A stretch of 45,911 bases of DNA. It comes from a virus. The stretch lies in the IMG/VR virus record IMGVR_UViG_3300045988_128092. One strand, written 5' to 3'. Shown in pieces: positions 15,765 through 26,343 of the stretch (its first letter is position 1; each line of letters opens with the position of its first letter). The translations under genes were made by a program, and so were the position numbers. The notes under the pieces were generated by a model, which was given only the letters and a program-made list of their open reading frames with translations, searched no databases and was not told where the DNA came from.

Positions 15765-17990
15765 TTATGGTTCCTGCGAGACCTCGACATCGTAGGCCGT
15801 GGTCTCGCTCGCTTCTATGTTGTGCCACTGCATCGAGATCGTCCCCTTGCGCAAGTCACCCGTCTCGTTCTTCGAGACGGCGAAGGCACGTCCCTCGCCC
15901 ACCGCCACCGTGCCCGGGATGTCCCCGGTGATGGTGCTGCTGCCCACAGCCCGACTGATGTCCGAAGCCGAACCGTTGATGGTCAGATAATAGTCCGGGA
16001 CAACAACTTCTTTTATAGCCTGCAACTGGATCAGCTGGCACTCGCATATGCCGTTTTCGCCTGTTTCTACCGAATACAGGCCATATGTCTGCCCGAATTG
16101 ACCTATGTATATGGGCTTTGTATAATCAAGGTTATGCAGATCTATGGCTGTTAACTTGGCCTTCACTGTTATCAGACGCAGTTTGTCCACGGCTTTTTGG
16201 TACCCGTTGTATTTCTTTGCGACGATCCCGTTCTCACCACCAAAGCGCATATTTTCTCCGAAATATCCGAACCAGTATAACCCCGTGCTCGTATCGTCGA
16301 TGATGGCTTGCAGGATTCGCGCCGAGGGTTCGTTGTAGTCCACTGTTTTCCCGTCGTCGGATGTCGTATACATAGGAATGCGGGCACACAGCGCATTGGC
16401 ATCCGATGCAAGTGGGGCATTTTCGGACGCTGAGAATGGAAGCTCCACGAGTTCGTTCTCCTTGTCGATGTTAACATTCTCGATCCGTATTTCCCCGGCG
16501 GTGTCCGTGATCACATCGTCGTCGTTGTCATAATCGAGCGTGTTTTTCTGTGCCAGGTCATCGAGCGAAAATATGGAAGATTCCGGGCGGCTGACATCAT
16601 GCCGATCATTAAGGATGACTTTGCGGCTCCAGTCTATTGTGCCTCCGTTTGTGAGTTTGGCGTAAATGTCATCTACGCTTATGAGTTTGATTGTATCCGG
16701 GGCGTCCTTATCCGGGTATGCGAACAGCCCGGCCATAGACATCAGAGCCGAGAGGAAATCTCCCTGCGAAATGTCCGGAAGATTTACCCCGATAGGATAT
16801 TCGGATGGGAATATCATTTCAATATCCCCCCATAACTTTACAGACCAATTCAAAATAATATCATGCGCTCCATCCGATTGCACATTGTAAAAGTCCTTGA
16901 GTTGAATAGATATGTTGCTTATGCTATCGGTGTTTATTTCGTATTCTTTCGGAAAATCTTTTGTGTAAAATGTATATACCGCAGAGGTCATTCCCGAAGT
17001 TATTGTTATTGGAGCACTTGATATTTTTAAAATATCCTTACCGCCTCCCTTAACTATAACATGTATTTGTTCTTTTAAACGCCAAGAAGCCCCACTCACC
17101 CTGCACGTCACGTTGAAAGTATCTCCTGTCGTATTCGGATTTATACTTAAAAACATATGACTAGCTCCAAGTGTCTGAAATTCTGCCGTCCCATTCATAC
17201 TGGGATTCGATGGGTCGTATGGCATATATATATTTTTCGGATCGTGGACTATATAATTATTTAAGTTTGATTCAAATGATGTCCGATTCCCTCTTCCATC
17301 AGATACGATCCTTGATGCTTCAAAATAATCTACTGCGCCTGAAATGTCGTCGCCGTTTTTTGACACCAAAGGAAGCAATAAAGGATACGTAAGTCCCCCA
17401 TACAGTCTTTCTTTGCCGTCGATGGTGATGCCATTGTACCGCTCAATAGCCGTAAGTACATCTTGTACTTCGATAGACGGATGCATGTATTCGGGGTTGG
17501 CGATACCTTGCCCGAAATCAATGCCGAAGAATCCCATCTGCGGCCTCTCATATCCATACTCCAAGAGTGCCGATGCGCTGTTCCATGGTATCGACCCTAT
17601 GTTCATGGAATAGAGCGTTTGTGCCAGGTCGCGCAAATTTGCATCGAACAGGGGCTGGAAGTTGTCGACATTTCCCCACGTAAGAACCACACTTATTACG
17701 TCCGAAATCTCCGTAATAACGGCGTATCCGGATGTGAACAGCGGTACTCCTTCCTGATACAATCTTGCCGGAAGCTTCACATAGGGTGCATCCGTATAGA
17801 TGTCGGTGCGTTCCGCATAGCCTATGGCCTTGCGGTTCTTCGGCGTCAGCGGTAAGTCTATATTGTACGACCTATTGGACTGTATGATGTCCAGTCCTGA
17901 AAATATCGGGCTTTGATATACCAAGGATATATAGTTGTCGCTGGACAGATCGCACAGGATGTCGTTTATGTATAGTTCGTAGTAGGTCAT
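15765..17990 (-). CDS. Large virion/tail structural protein (741 aa)
   Basis: Size and position in the structural operon. ATGA-coupled. Confidence 0.6.
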   Translation of the reverse strand: MTYYELYINDILCDLSSDNYISLVYQSPIFSGLDIIQSNRSYNIDLPLTPKNRKAIGYAERTDIYTDAPYVKLPARLYQEGVPLFTSGYAVITEISDVISVVLTWGNVDNFQPLFDANLRDLAQTLYSMNIGSIPWNSASALLEYGYERPQMGFFGIDFGQGIANPEYMHPSIEVQDVLTAIERYNGITIDGKERLYGGLTYPLLLPLVSKNGDDISGAVDYFEASRIVSDGRGNRTSFESNLNNYIVHDPKNIYMPYDPSNPSMNGTAEFQTLGASHMFLSINPNTTGDTFNVTCRVSGASWRLKEQIHVIVKGGGKDILKISSAPITITSGMTSAVYTFYTKDFPKEYEINTDSISNISIQLKDFYNVQSDGAHDIILNWSVKLWGDIEMIFPSEYPIGVNLPDISQGDFLSALMSMAGLFAYPDKDAPDTIKLISVDDIYAKLTNGGTIDWSRKVILNDRHDVSRPESSIFSLDDLAQKNTLDYDNDDDVITDTAGEIRIENVNIDKENELVELPFSASENAPLASDANALCARIPMYTTSDDGKTVDYNEPSARILQAIIDDTSTGLYWFGYFGENMRFGGENGIVAKKYNGYQKAVDKLRLITVKAKLTAIDLHNLDYTKPIYIGQFGQTYGLYSVETGENGICECQLIQLQAIKEVVVPDYYLTINGSASDISRAVGSSTITGDIPGTVAVGEGRAFAVSKNETGDLRKGTISMQWHNIEASETTAYDVEVSQEP

Positions 17991-19009
17991 ACGTTATAGG
18001 TCTTATCGGTAATTTCTACGACTAAATCTTTAAAATAAGCGCCGTTATCTTCGGCTTCTCCCTCCTCTATACTACACCGGCGCCATTGCTCCGTTGCGCT
18101 GTCGTAGTAGCTTATGTCGCGCCCGGCGAGGATGGATTTACACAGGTCGTATATATCCTGATCTACAAGGCGACTATGCAGCGTGTATGTCTTTGTGAGT
18201 ATCTTACTTTGGGCTTCATACGGTTGCAGGTTCTCATTCAGTAGTGAATAGGCATCCTGGATAGATATTTCGTCCCTCGCCGTCTCTATACTCCACCGAT
18301 ATATGTAAGGGATGCCGCCTTTATCCGTCCATTTGACAAGCATCCCATCGGTACACCTATCTATCTCGATGGGAAATTGAAAGGTGTTGGCAAGGTTGGG
18401 GTTATAGACGCTTATCTCAACATACGTATCCCCATCCCATCTTACCGTCGATGGATTGAACTCCGCAAACGGTTTCGAGGACATGCCACTGGTGACGATG
18501 ACCCCATTCTCTGTTTCCACCTCTATTTGCTCTGTCGTGAGCTTGGGGATAAAGATGGATTGGGTTATGTTGAACCCGGGGTATACCACGATTTTCCTGG
18601 CGGAAGGGTAGTTGGTTACATCTCCCGCGGCGGCATTCTGTGCCGAGATAGGGATTATTTCTTTTTCACAGGTGCCGATAAGAATAGTATTGAGCGTGTG
18701 AGTGGCTGATCCATCGCCAAACTCAACTATGAGCACCACATTGTTTATGAATGTTGCCGAATAGTCCGCGGCCAGCGATTCCAATATTGCCGTCAAGGGG
18801 AAAACAACGGATTTTCCTACTCCCGAGACATTTCTGGATAGGACTATTGATGTTGCTCCATATGATATTCGCAGCTTCACTTCTGTGCCGTAGTCCGGAT
18901 CTATGGCTGTGGCTGTAAATCGCACGAAGGTGGATTTCTCCCGTGTGAAGCATATATCATTGGGAAAATCTGCGGTGCCTCCTGTACCGGACAATGTATA
19001 TCGGATCAT
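17987..19009 (-). CDS. Virion structural protein (340 aa)
   Basis: ORF track. ATGA-coupled at both ends. Confidence 0.6.
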   Translation of the reverse strand: MIRYTLSGTGGTADFPNDICFTREKSTFVRFTATAIDPDYGTEVKLRISYGATSIVLSRNVSGVGKSVVFPLTAILESLAADYSATFINNVVLIVEFGDGSATHTLNTILIGTCEKEIIPISAQNAAAGDVTNYPSARKIVVYPGFNITQSIFIPKLTTEQIEVETENGVIVTSGMSSKPFAEFNPSTVRWDGDTYVEISVYNPNLANTFQFPIEIDRCTDGMLVKWTDKGGIPYIYRWSIETARDEISIQDAYSLLNENLQPYEAQSKILTKTYTLHSRLVDQDIYDLCKSILAGRDISYYDSATEQWRRCSIEEGEAEDNGAYFKDLVVEITDKTYNV

Positions 19010-19572
19010 AGTTCTATTGTTGTTTCGAGCATTTCGTATATGGATGTGTCGATCACTTCCGTAATTCTTTTGTCGATGTTATCCACGGTTTGCGGCAACA
19101 GGTCTTTGATAATCTCGGTGCCCCCTCCCGAGCGGTACAAGATGCTGCCTTCCTCCCACAGCTTCTTGGCCGCCCAATATGCGTCGATGCTTTTGAATTC
19201 CAATCCATAGCGTGCCTCTTTGTCGCGTGCCCATTGCTTTATGTTCTGATAGAAACTTTCGAAGCTTCCGAATTCTTCTTGTGCATCCTGCGGAGAGTTA
19301 CCCTCGTCTATATTCTTGATGTTATGCCGTCCCACAAACGAGACCGTGAACCCTCTGGCATTGCTTTCCACTTGCGACGCCATACTATCTGCCGTAGCGC
19401 CGGTAGTCTCTTCCGGGACATTCAGGGAGTTCACATTTTTACCGCTGTTTGTGCGTTTTGTTTGCAGATTTATTGTCACCTGCTCTTTAAGGGTGCTGAA
19501 TTCCTCGTTACAGATGGCAACCAGCTTTTCAGGGCTGAAAAAGTTCTCTATCTTCGATATGTCCATCAGCAA
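19006..19572 (-). CDS. Structural-module protein (188 aa)
   Basis: ORF track, operon context. Confidence 0.55.
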   Translation of the reverse strand: MLMDISKIENFFSPEKLVAICNEEFSTLKEQVTINLQTKRTNSGKNVNSLNVPEETTGATADSMASQVESNARGFTVSFVGRHNIKNIDEGNSPQDAQEEFGSFESFYQNIKQWARDKEARYGLEFKSIDAYWAAKKLWEEGSILYRSGGGTEIIKDLLPQTVDNIDKRITEVIDTSIYEMLETTIEL

Positions 19573-19979
19573 ACATTGTATGTAAGGACGAGTTTTGCCT
19601 CTACACCCGCGGCCAGGGCATCCAGTTTTTCAACCACTCCTTGCAGGCTTTCAACCTGCACCTCTATCCCATTTCGACGCAGGTTGTCGATTAATGAAAA
19701 CGCCATTTGCTCCATGCGATCCGCAATGGGGGCTGCTTCAGTCTGTGTATCCGGCTCTGGCTTCCCGAGTGCATCGAGAAAGTAAAGCGTTGTCCTACGA
19801 CGACGCCTGTTTGTCAGGTTAGTTTCGTATATCGGCTCCTGGAACAGCCGCAGCATTACGGGGTACTCTTTGACGTAATCCAGCAGGTAATTCGCCTCTT
19901 TGATCCTGGCATATAGGCATGTGTTGACGCCGCACTCTTTGGCAGCATCTTCGAATATTTTACTGAGGCTCTTTCTCAT
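19566..19979 (-). CDS. Structural-module protein (137 aa)
   Basis: ORF track, operon context. Confidence 0.55.
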   Translation of the reverse strand: MRKSLSKIFEDAAKECGVNTCLYARIKEANYLLDYVKEYPVMLRLFQEPIYETNLTNRRRRRTTLYFLDALGKPEPDTQTEAAPIADRMEQMAFSLIDNLRRNGIEVQVESLQGVVEKLDALAAGVEAKLVLTYNVC

Positions 19980-20641
19980 CGTCTGCGACTTTTGGATGGT
20001 TTGGGCTTGTTCATCTGAGCGAGCTTGCGTTGTGCCATGTTTTTGTCCCTCTCGGCTTCATATGCAAGGTATACGGTCGACCACCTCAGGTGCCATACAT
20101 CGCTTGGCTGAATAGCACCCCCTACAAGCTGGCAGTATCCTAAGCATATTGTACTCATGCCCCGGTTCTTGCGTTGTACTTGTGCGTTTGCTTCTTGTGG
20201 CGTCAGGGGCATTTCGAGCTTTTTCCACGCCTTTGCTACGCCTTTGAGTTCGTTTTGTATTTCAATGAAATAGCGATAAGCGCGAATGAATTGTAGTTCG
20301 AGCACCTTTTCTCGGGCAATATCGTATCCTGCTCCCTCCCAGTCAATGCGTTTTGATCCTTTCCCCTTTGGGCTTATTAAACCCAGCATGACGGCCAGAA
20401 CCTTTACGAAATACTCGTCGGTGGCCTCGATCCTTTCTATGGCGTTCAATTCACCCATCGTTATACCTGCGACGCTTCGGGCCTCGTGCTTCTTCCATCC
20501 GAATATGCGACGTTTTTCCTTAACATAGTCAGGCTTGGGTAATGCCGCAATAGATTCGTATATTCGTTTATTGCCGATACCGAATAAGGTGCCGTTCTTT
20601 ATAATTACTTTCCTGATGGTATCGTTGGGTGATATTTTCAT
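19976..20641 (-). CDS. Structural-module protein (221 aa), basic C-terminus
   Basis: ORF track, operon context. Confidence 0.55.
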   Translation of the reverse strand: MKISPNDTIRKVIIKNGTLFGIGNKRIYESIAALPKPDYVKEKRRIFGWKKHEARSVAGITMGELNAIERIEATDEYFVKVLAVMLGLISPKGKGSKRIDWEGAGYDIAREKVLELQFIRAYRYFIEIQNELKGVAKAWKKLEMPLTPQEANAQVQRKNRGMSTICLGYCQLVGGAIQPSDVWHLRWSTVYLAYEAERDKNMAQRKLAQMNKPKPSKSRRR

Positions 20642-21120
20642 AATCCAAACCTGTTTATCTTTTCAAAAATATCCGACGAATAATCCGGCTTTACGTCTGT
20701 TTCGCCGCATAGCGAGCCTGCCAGTTGATGACACTCGTCGACCATCTCGTTCCATAGGGGCACAAGTCTGTACCACGGGGAGGCGGCACGGCTGTTGTCA
20801 GTCATTTTGATTTTCTCGCCAGCCATCGTATTGAAGGCAACATGTTCTCGCAGGTAATAGAAATAGACATACTTAGCGATGGGAGACTGTTTTGTGTCTG
20901 TATTTGCTATTTTTGCGGCTATTTCAGGATATTTGTCGATATTCTCAGCCACATATATTCCAAGGAGCATCCGAAGGAATTTAGGCTCATACCTGCGTAT
21001 GCAACTCTCGACATTCCGTACAATCTCCTGTGCGGCGCCAGTCGGGGTGCATCCGCTTTTGACGTCTATTCCCGCAATATATGTGGGATCCTGTTCGAAG
21101 TATGTATAGTCTATAAGCAT
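20638..21120 (-). CDS. Head-tail connector-region protein (160 aa)
   Basis: First gene after the capsid terminator. Confidence 0.5.
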   Translation of the reverse strand: MLIDYTYFEQDPTYIAGIDVKSGCTPTGAAQEIVRNVESCIRRYEPKFLRMLLGIYVAENIDKYPEIAAKIANTDTKQSPIAKYVYFYYLREHVAFNTMAGEKIKMTDNSRAASPWYRLVPLWNEMVDECHQLAGSLCGETDVKPDYSSDIFEKINRFGL

Positions 21121-21156
21121 AAGAAAAAAGGGGAGACGCTTTCCGGCGCCTCCCCG
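21121..21156 (-). terminator. Rho-independent terminator after the capsid gene pair
   Basis: On the minus strand: GGGGAG (pairs with CTCCCC), 14-nt loop, then TTTTTTCTT. Confidence 0.65.
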
Positions 21157-21161
21157 CCTTG

Positions 21162-21329
21162 TTAGTTGGCAACTTTGGTCTTGTACGTGGCTTTGCCCGA
21201 TTTCACAAGCGTTTCGGCATGCAAGGGCGACACGTTGTACTCTTTGCCTTTCTCGGGCATATAGATAGACTTGCCTGTGCTTACGATAGTTACCCTCTTG
21301 GTGAGGTCGATCTTCTTCATATCTTCCAT
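21162..21329 (-). CDS. 55-aa protein downstream of the major capsid gene
   Basis: Hand-translated MEDMKKIDLTKRVTIVSTGKSIYMPEKGKEYNVSPLHAETLVKSGKATYKTKVAN. Confidence 0.45.
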   Translation of the reverse strand: MEDMKKIDLTKRVTIVSTGKSIYMPEKGKEYNVSPLHAETLVKSGKATYKTKVAN

Positions 21330-21353
21330 GTTGTTGTTCGTTTAAGTTAATGA

Positions 21354-22559
21354 CTATGCTGCTGCCTCGGCGGTTTTCTCCAGGGCGGCCTGTACGGTTG
21401 CGAAGTCGTCGTAGATGACAGACCCGGCGTCGATGGAGTTCTGGTATGAGTGAAGGCGCATTTCGGCGATCACCGTCACCATGTTGTGGCTGAAATCGTC
21501 GCCGTCACGGCCCCATTCCAGTCGCAGAGCGCGGTAGGGACGAACTTTCCAGCGCGAGGAATCCATCAGCAGGAACTTACCTGCGGGAATGTTGGTGGTT
21601 TCTACAACGGAGATGTTGCCGATGATCTTGCGCATCTCGTCAGTCAGGTAATGCCCGGCGGTATCTTTCGTTACGTCGAAGATCGCCTTGTCGGTCGGAT
21701 GAAGGAAGAGAACGTCGGGAGAGAAATGCAGCAGGCGAAGTTGCAGAACGCCAGCGCGCACAACGTCGGCAATGTTGGGCATGGAGATTTTCCCGTTGAG
21801 CTCCGTAATGGTATAGCCAGGGGCTTTTGTTGTTACGCCGAGGATCTCGTTTCCGGTGCCGGTTCCTGCGATAACCTTCTCTTCCACGGTCTGCATCAAG
21901 TCTTGACGCAGCAGGGTGTTCACCTCCCCGCGGATGAAATCCGCATCTTCGAGGATTTCCGTCGAGAGCTTTGCGCGAACGGCAACCTTCTTTGCCGTAG
22001 ACGTCTCCTCCTCGTATCCCCAGCTCATAAGGGGCTTGAGAGTTCCTTCGGCGATGAATGCCGAGCCGCCGTCGGGGTCTTTACGGTTGATCCACTTGAT
22101 TGTCGGGGAACTTGTCGTGCCTTTCTGCAAGCGGGGCAGGATCGCATTCGGCTCGGTAGCCGCTGCTGCAATGCCCGGCACGACTTCGGTGTTGAATGCC
22201 GCGATGGGGACAGCGGCCGTCGTGGTCGTCATGGCTGCTGCCTCGGCCTTCATCTCGATCTCGATACTTACCGTGCGGCCGCCCTTTACGGCGTCGATGT
22301 TCTCTTTCCCTGAGAAGAATGCCTTGATCTTCTCCTGCGCTTCATTCTCGGATGAAACGGTGGATTTCTGCATGAGGCTGATGGTGCGCCCTTGCTCTTT
22401 GATTATCTCCCGGATCTCGTCGATGGATTTCGTTTGATCGAGAGCGTCTACTTTGTCTTCGATAGCCTTCATTTTGGCCTCGAAGTCTGCTTTGCCGATA
22501 AGCCCCGACTTGTATTCATCGAGTATTCCTTTCAGCTCTTTCTTGATGTCGTCGTTCAT
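21354..22559 (-). CDS. Major capsid protein (HK97-fold type)
   Basis: 401 aa with an N-terminal coiled-coil delta-like region. Immediately follows the prohead protease. Confidence 0.85.
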   Translation of the reverse strand: MNDDIKKELKGILDEYKSGLIGKADFEAKMKAIEDKVDALDQTKSIDEIREIIKEQGRTISLMQKSTVSSENEAQEKIKAFFSGKENIDAVKGGRTVSIEIEMKAEAAAMTTTTAAVPIAAFNTEVVPGIAAAATEPNAILPRLQKGTTSSPTIKWINRKDPDGGSAFIAEGTLKPLMSWGYEEETSTAKKVAVRAKLSTEILEDADFIRGEVNTLLRQDLMQTVEEKVIAGTGTGNEILGVTTKAPGYTITELNGKISMPNIADVVRAGVLQLRLLHFSPDVLFLHPTDKAIFDVTKDTAGHYLTDEMRKIIGNISVVETTNIPAGKFLLMDSSRWKVRPYRALRLEWGRDGDDFSHNMVTVIAEMRLHSYQNSIDAGSVIYDDFATVQAALEKTAEAAA

Positions 22560-22571
22560 GTGTGAATTGGT

Positions 22572-23249
22572 TTAGTTAAACAATGTTTTTCTGACTATTT
22601 CGATGATTTCAGTGTCATCCGAAGATTTGTTGCCCAGGATGTTTAGGGCGCTTTTGAGGCTGTTGCAAAGTGCTTCAATCCTGTTTCCTCCTGCTTCCGA
22701 AAGGTCGCATTTGCGCAGGATGTTGTTGAGCTCTTCTTGATAGGCAATGATGTCCTCTACGCTTTGCAAGCCCTTGACGTCAAGAGCTGGGGTGAAGGGA
22801 TTGCAGCCTGCGAACACGGTGCTGTACTCATACTTGAGCTGCAGCTCCGCGATGTCATCTCCCGCAATAGCATCGTTGTGGTTCTTGTTGAGAACCCGGT
22901 AGCAGTAGGAGTGTTCGACATCTCGTTTCTCGTCTGCGCAATGCTTATAGTATTCGAATATATCATGCCCAGCTGCCTTACCGAGTATAAGTTTGCTCTC
23001 GACGAGGGCATATTCATCTGTTTCCCATGCTTTTCGAGGCGTCCCAACAACATGATCCAAGTCTTGTTTGTGGTCGATGCAGTGTTTGATCCGGGACATA
23101 TCTGCAAACGACTTAGTAAACGCCCCTTTGCGCACAATGTCTTCTGCATGATCCTCTTCGTTGAACTTTGATATGGCAATGACAACAACGCCCTGATCGC
23201 GTTTGATGTCGTCTATACTTCCCTTGAATGATTTTATTCTGTCTTCCAT
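22572..23249 (-). CDS. Prohead maturation protease (HK97 family-like)
   Basis: 225 aa between portal and capsid. FNEEDHAEDIVRKGAF...HCIDH pattern. Confidence 0.7.
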   Translation of the reverse strand: MEDRIKSFKGSIDDIKRDQGVVVIAISKFNEEDHAEDIVRKGAFTKSFADMSRIKHCIDHKQDLDHVVGTPRKAWETDEYALVESKLILGKAAGHDIFEYYKHCADEKRDVEHSYCYRVLNKNHNDAIAGDDIAELQLKYEYSTVFAGCNPFTPALDVKGLQSVEDIIAYQEELNNILRKCDLSEAGGNRIEALCNSLKSALNILGNKSSDDTEIIEIVRKTLFN

Positions 23250-23250
23250 A

Positions 23251-24483
23251 TTAGATTTGATATTTTAATAGTTCGCTTCTACCTTCCTCTGGTGTCATTA
23301 TTCCTAATTGTATGGCAGCTCCGATATAATTTACGGCGCTGTTCATACATTCCGCCTGGTCTTTCTTTGAGGGCTGGAACATTTCCAGATGGTCGAAGAA
23401 CGGCATGAATCCGAATCCTGTGAAGCCGTATATCTTGTTGAGCACGCGCATTATATTTTGTGCAGAAGGAATAATGTCATTCACGTAGAATTCGATCTTG
23501 GCCTCTCCGAAATTGCTGTAGGTGCTACCTTCTACGTCGAGCAGAATGCTGGGCACCTGATATGTATAAGCGATGTCTTTCTTGCAGTTGCGCTGAATGT
23601 CTGTAAGTCCGAGGTCGGAAATAGTGGACGACACAGGGACAAAGGATGCCTTGTATGACGTAATGGCGATCTTGCATTTGTTGCGCATGATCCCGTATTT
23701 GTCCAATTGCTCACGGAGCGCTTCCTTGTCCTCTTTGGTGGCTGGCACGATATTATCGACCATCGGATCATCTGACATGAGGGAGAGAATGCCGAGCATA
23801 CCTCGGTTGACAAGCAATTCGTTTACGGCTTGGTAGGAGGCCAGGAAAGTGTTGACAGGGTACTTGAGGGCGACAAGCCGTGAAGTAGCGCCCCCAATCT
23901 TGTTAAGCGCGTAAGTTACGTCGTTTACAACGAACATCTCCTCTTTGGGGATCGTCAGGTTTATCCCGCCCCCAAGGTTTATGGTGTAATCACGGATATC
24001 GGAGTTGGGTGCAAACGAAGGTATGGAGGATGGTACCTCGTTTTCCGTAACCATGAGGTTAGGTATTACATACAATTCGAAATCACCCTTAATACCTACC
24101 AAAGGCACCTTCACTATGTAAGCCTTGCCGAATATCTGAGAAAAGAACTCGATCATGCAAACGAATTCCGAAAGGGTTTGGTAGGGATTGGGGTGGTTAA
24201 TCCGCTCGAACTCACGCGGCTTTTCAATATCTTCCCCTTTGTCGTCTTTCGCCCAATACCGGGCGTCCGATATGGCAGATACTTTCTTCGTGATGATAGA
24301 AGCTAAAATAGAGCATGACGCGAATGCGCGCGCCTGCCCGTCCGGTGTGGAGGTGTCGATAAACTCATCCTTCGTCCCGAGCAGATTTTGCCAGTCCCGC
24401 AGGTCTATGTATAGGCTTTGCTGTGGGTCTCCGGTCTTTTCGGAACATTTAGACATCTTTATTTCGTATCCAAGGAGTTTCAT
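23251..24483 (-). CDS. Portal protein
   Basis: Start at MKLLGYEI (ATGA overlap with the terL stop). 410 aa. NHPNPYQTLSEF...GKAYIV pattern. Confidence 0.8.
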   Translation of the reverse strand: MKLLGYEIKMSKCSEKTGDPQQSLYIDLRDWQNLLGTKDEFIDTSTPDGQARAFASCSILASIITKKVSAISDARYWAKDDKGEDIEKPREFERINHPNPYQTLSEFVCMIEFFSQIFGKAYIVKVPLVGIKGDFELYVIPNLMVTENEVPSSIPSFAPNSDIRDYTINLGGGINLTIPKEEMFVVNDVTYALNKIGGATSRLVALKYPVNTFLASYQAVNELLVNRGMLGILSLMSDDPMVDNIVPATKEDKEALREQLDKYGIMRNKCKIAITSYKASFVPVSSTISDLGLTDIQRNCKKDIAYTYQVPSILLDVEGSTYSNFGEAKIEFYVNDIIPSAQNIMRVLNKIYGFTGFGFMPFFDHLEMFQPSKKDQAECMNSAVNYIGAAIQLGIMTPEEGRSELLKYQI

Positions 24484-25709
24484 GCGGCAATATGATTGCG
24501 GAATGCAGTCATCACGACGTATCGGGCTGCATCCCAAAGGTGATTATTCTTGTCTACGGGTTTATTTATCGCCAGCCCGTTTATAGAATCCCACACATAG
24601 GTATTGGCTTCGTTTTTCATGTTCTTGGTCTTGACGCAGTGGATGCGGAAGTTTTTCATGTAGGATATACCGATGGTTATACTATCCTGGAATTTCTTGG
24701 CCTTGATTACATTCAACCCCCGAAGTTGAAGGGAACGCACCATGCCTTCCGGATTCTTGGCGTATTTATCCGCGCTATCTGCTATGGCATATCCGTGTTT
24801 ACCGAGAATTGGGGCCACGATGTTATACAATACCTCGGGATCGTCTACGGGCGAATAAAAGCGTTCATGCAGATATAAGTCACGCCCTCGCACTCCGACA
24901 TGAATAATAGCCGTCGGATCATTTGTGAAGCCGAAGTCGATGCCATAGGCTGTATATTCCAAATCGTCCGGGAAACTGTCGATCCAGTCTATATTGGGGA
25001 ATATTAATCCTTCCTGCGCCGCGCGCTCCCCGAGACCGTATACCTTCCATCTGAATTCGTCGGCGGTTCCTGCTGCGATATTTTCCGGCGTGGGCTCGTA
25101 ACTTTCGATAGTCCTGCGTACGCTGTCAGGGCAGAAAGGATTGTCCTTGTAGGTTGTTTTGGTGAATATGGTATCCGGCTGCCCTTCAAGCTCAAAAACC
25201 CAGTGTTCCGTATATTTGGGGTTCCAGTCGCCAATAATCATGGTTGTACAACGCATCGTGATATTATTGAACTGCGCCGGCGATATGTCGTCCAACATTT
25301 CGTTGAAGTATATGATGTCGCAGTCGTGCCCCTCCTTCACATCCATCTTATCAAGCCCACGGAACCGGATGATGCTGTCGCCTATGTGGTATTCGGGGAG
25401 TATCTTCTCGCTATACATGCTGTCGGGATCATATATCCCGCGGCATTGTAGTTTCTTCTTGAAGTCTCCCAATGCCTTTTCCTTGCAGTCTTGCAATGTG
25501 GAGCGGTAGACATAGATTTTATATGCACCATCACCCGCAGCACAGATGTCATACAGGAAGTCGAAGGTGTCGAAAGTCTTCCCCGAACGGGAACTCCCCT
25601 CGTTGAATATGCGTAGTACGACGCCTTTATTGCGGTACTTGCGGAAGAAGTACAGCATGATCTTGTAGACCTTGCCCCGATATGTGCGTGCATCAAGCTC
25701 CATTTTCAT
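24480..25709 (-). CDS. terL: Terminase large subunit
   Basis: Walker A GSSRSGKT and a nuclease-domain-sized C-terminus. Start is 25709 or 25703, overlapping terS. Confidence 0.9.
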   Translation of the reverse strand: MKMELDARTYRGKVYKIMLYFFRKYRNKGVVLRIFNEGSSRSGKTFDTFDFLYDICAAGDGAYKIYVYRSTLQDCKEKALGDFKKKLQCRGIYDPDSMYSEKILPEYHIGDSIIRFRGLDKMDVKEGHDCDIIYFNEMLDDISPAQFNNITMRCTTMIIGDWNPKYTEHWVFELEGQPDTIFTKTTYKDNPFCPDSVRRTIESYEPTPENIAAGTADEFRWKVYGLGERAAQEGLIFPNIDWIDSFPDDLEYTAYGIDFGFTNDPTAIIHVGVRGRDLYLHERFYSPVDDPEVLYNIVAPILGKHGYAIADSADKYAKNPEGMVRSLQLRGLNVIKAKKFQDSITIGISYMKNFRIHCVKTKNMKNEANTYVWDSINGLAINKPVDKNNHLWDAARYVVMTAFRNHIAA

Positions 25710-26208
25710 TCGTGCTTTGTTTGCCGATGGACTGGATGATAGATGCAGCTTCCGGATCAAGTATGACTTGTACCGTCTCCCGAGGCTTGTTGATGCTCTC
25801 GCCGTTGGTGGTTATATCCTGTTTGTCGGCGAGTTTGAGAACACGTGTAATGACGCCGGAATCGTATATGCCAGCTATTGCGCCCGACAATTGATCGGCT
25901 TCAATTTCTTCGCGCACGCGCGCAATGATGTGGAAAAACTCCTCCCTTTTGCCGTAATCAAAAAATGTGTCACGGAGTATTCCCGCATATACACAGAACC
26001 CAACAATAGTTTTAGGACGTTGGAGTTCGAGGTCTACAAGGCCATGTTTTGTGGGCACTTGTTTTATGATTGGATTGTTCTTTGTCCAATTGGCATATTC
26101 CTCAAACTTGACTTCGAGAGCTTCAGGTGTATATACGCAAGGACGGCCCACTTTGCGGGTGGGCTTGATGGTGTCGTTCGCCTTTGTGTCTTTTACACTC
26201 TTTGCCAT
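25693..26208 (-). CDS. terS: Terminase small subunit
   Basis: 171 aa with N-terminal GRPCVYTPE HTH-like segment, directly upstream of terL. Confidence 0.7.
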   Translation of the reverse strand: MAKSVKDTKANDTIKPTRKVGRPCVYTPEALEVKFEEYANWTKNNPIIKQVPTKHGLVDLELQRPKTIVGFCVYAGILRDTFFDYGKREEFFHIIARVREEIEADQLSGAIAGIYDSGVITRVLKLADKQDITTNGESINKPRETVQVILDPEAASIIQSIGKQSTNENGA

Positions 26209-26326
26209 AAATGAAGGTCTGCCGACGGATGCGCCAACAGACCTTCTGCTACGATAGCAATGTACTTTCGATGTTCGGCCGTTGCCTGCATCCTCACAGG
26301 CTTACAATGCAAAGATTTCGACGGAT

Positions 26327-26343
26327 ATTTAAATAACAATGGG
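26327..26343 (-). promoter_or_regulatory. Second copy of the shared 17-mer upstream of the packaging/head operon
   Basis: Identical to 13154-13170. Confidence 0.4.

Noticed and set aside
21450-22313. 287-aa plus-strand ORF opposite the major capsid gene
   Set aside because: It is antisense to a confidently assigned capsid gene and has no motifs.
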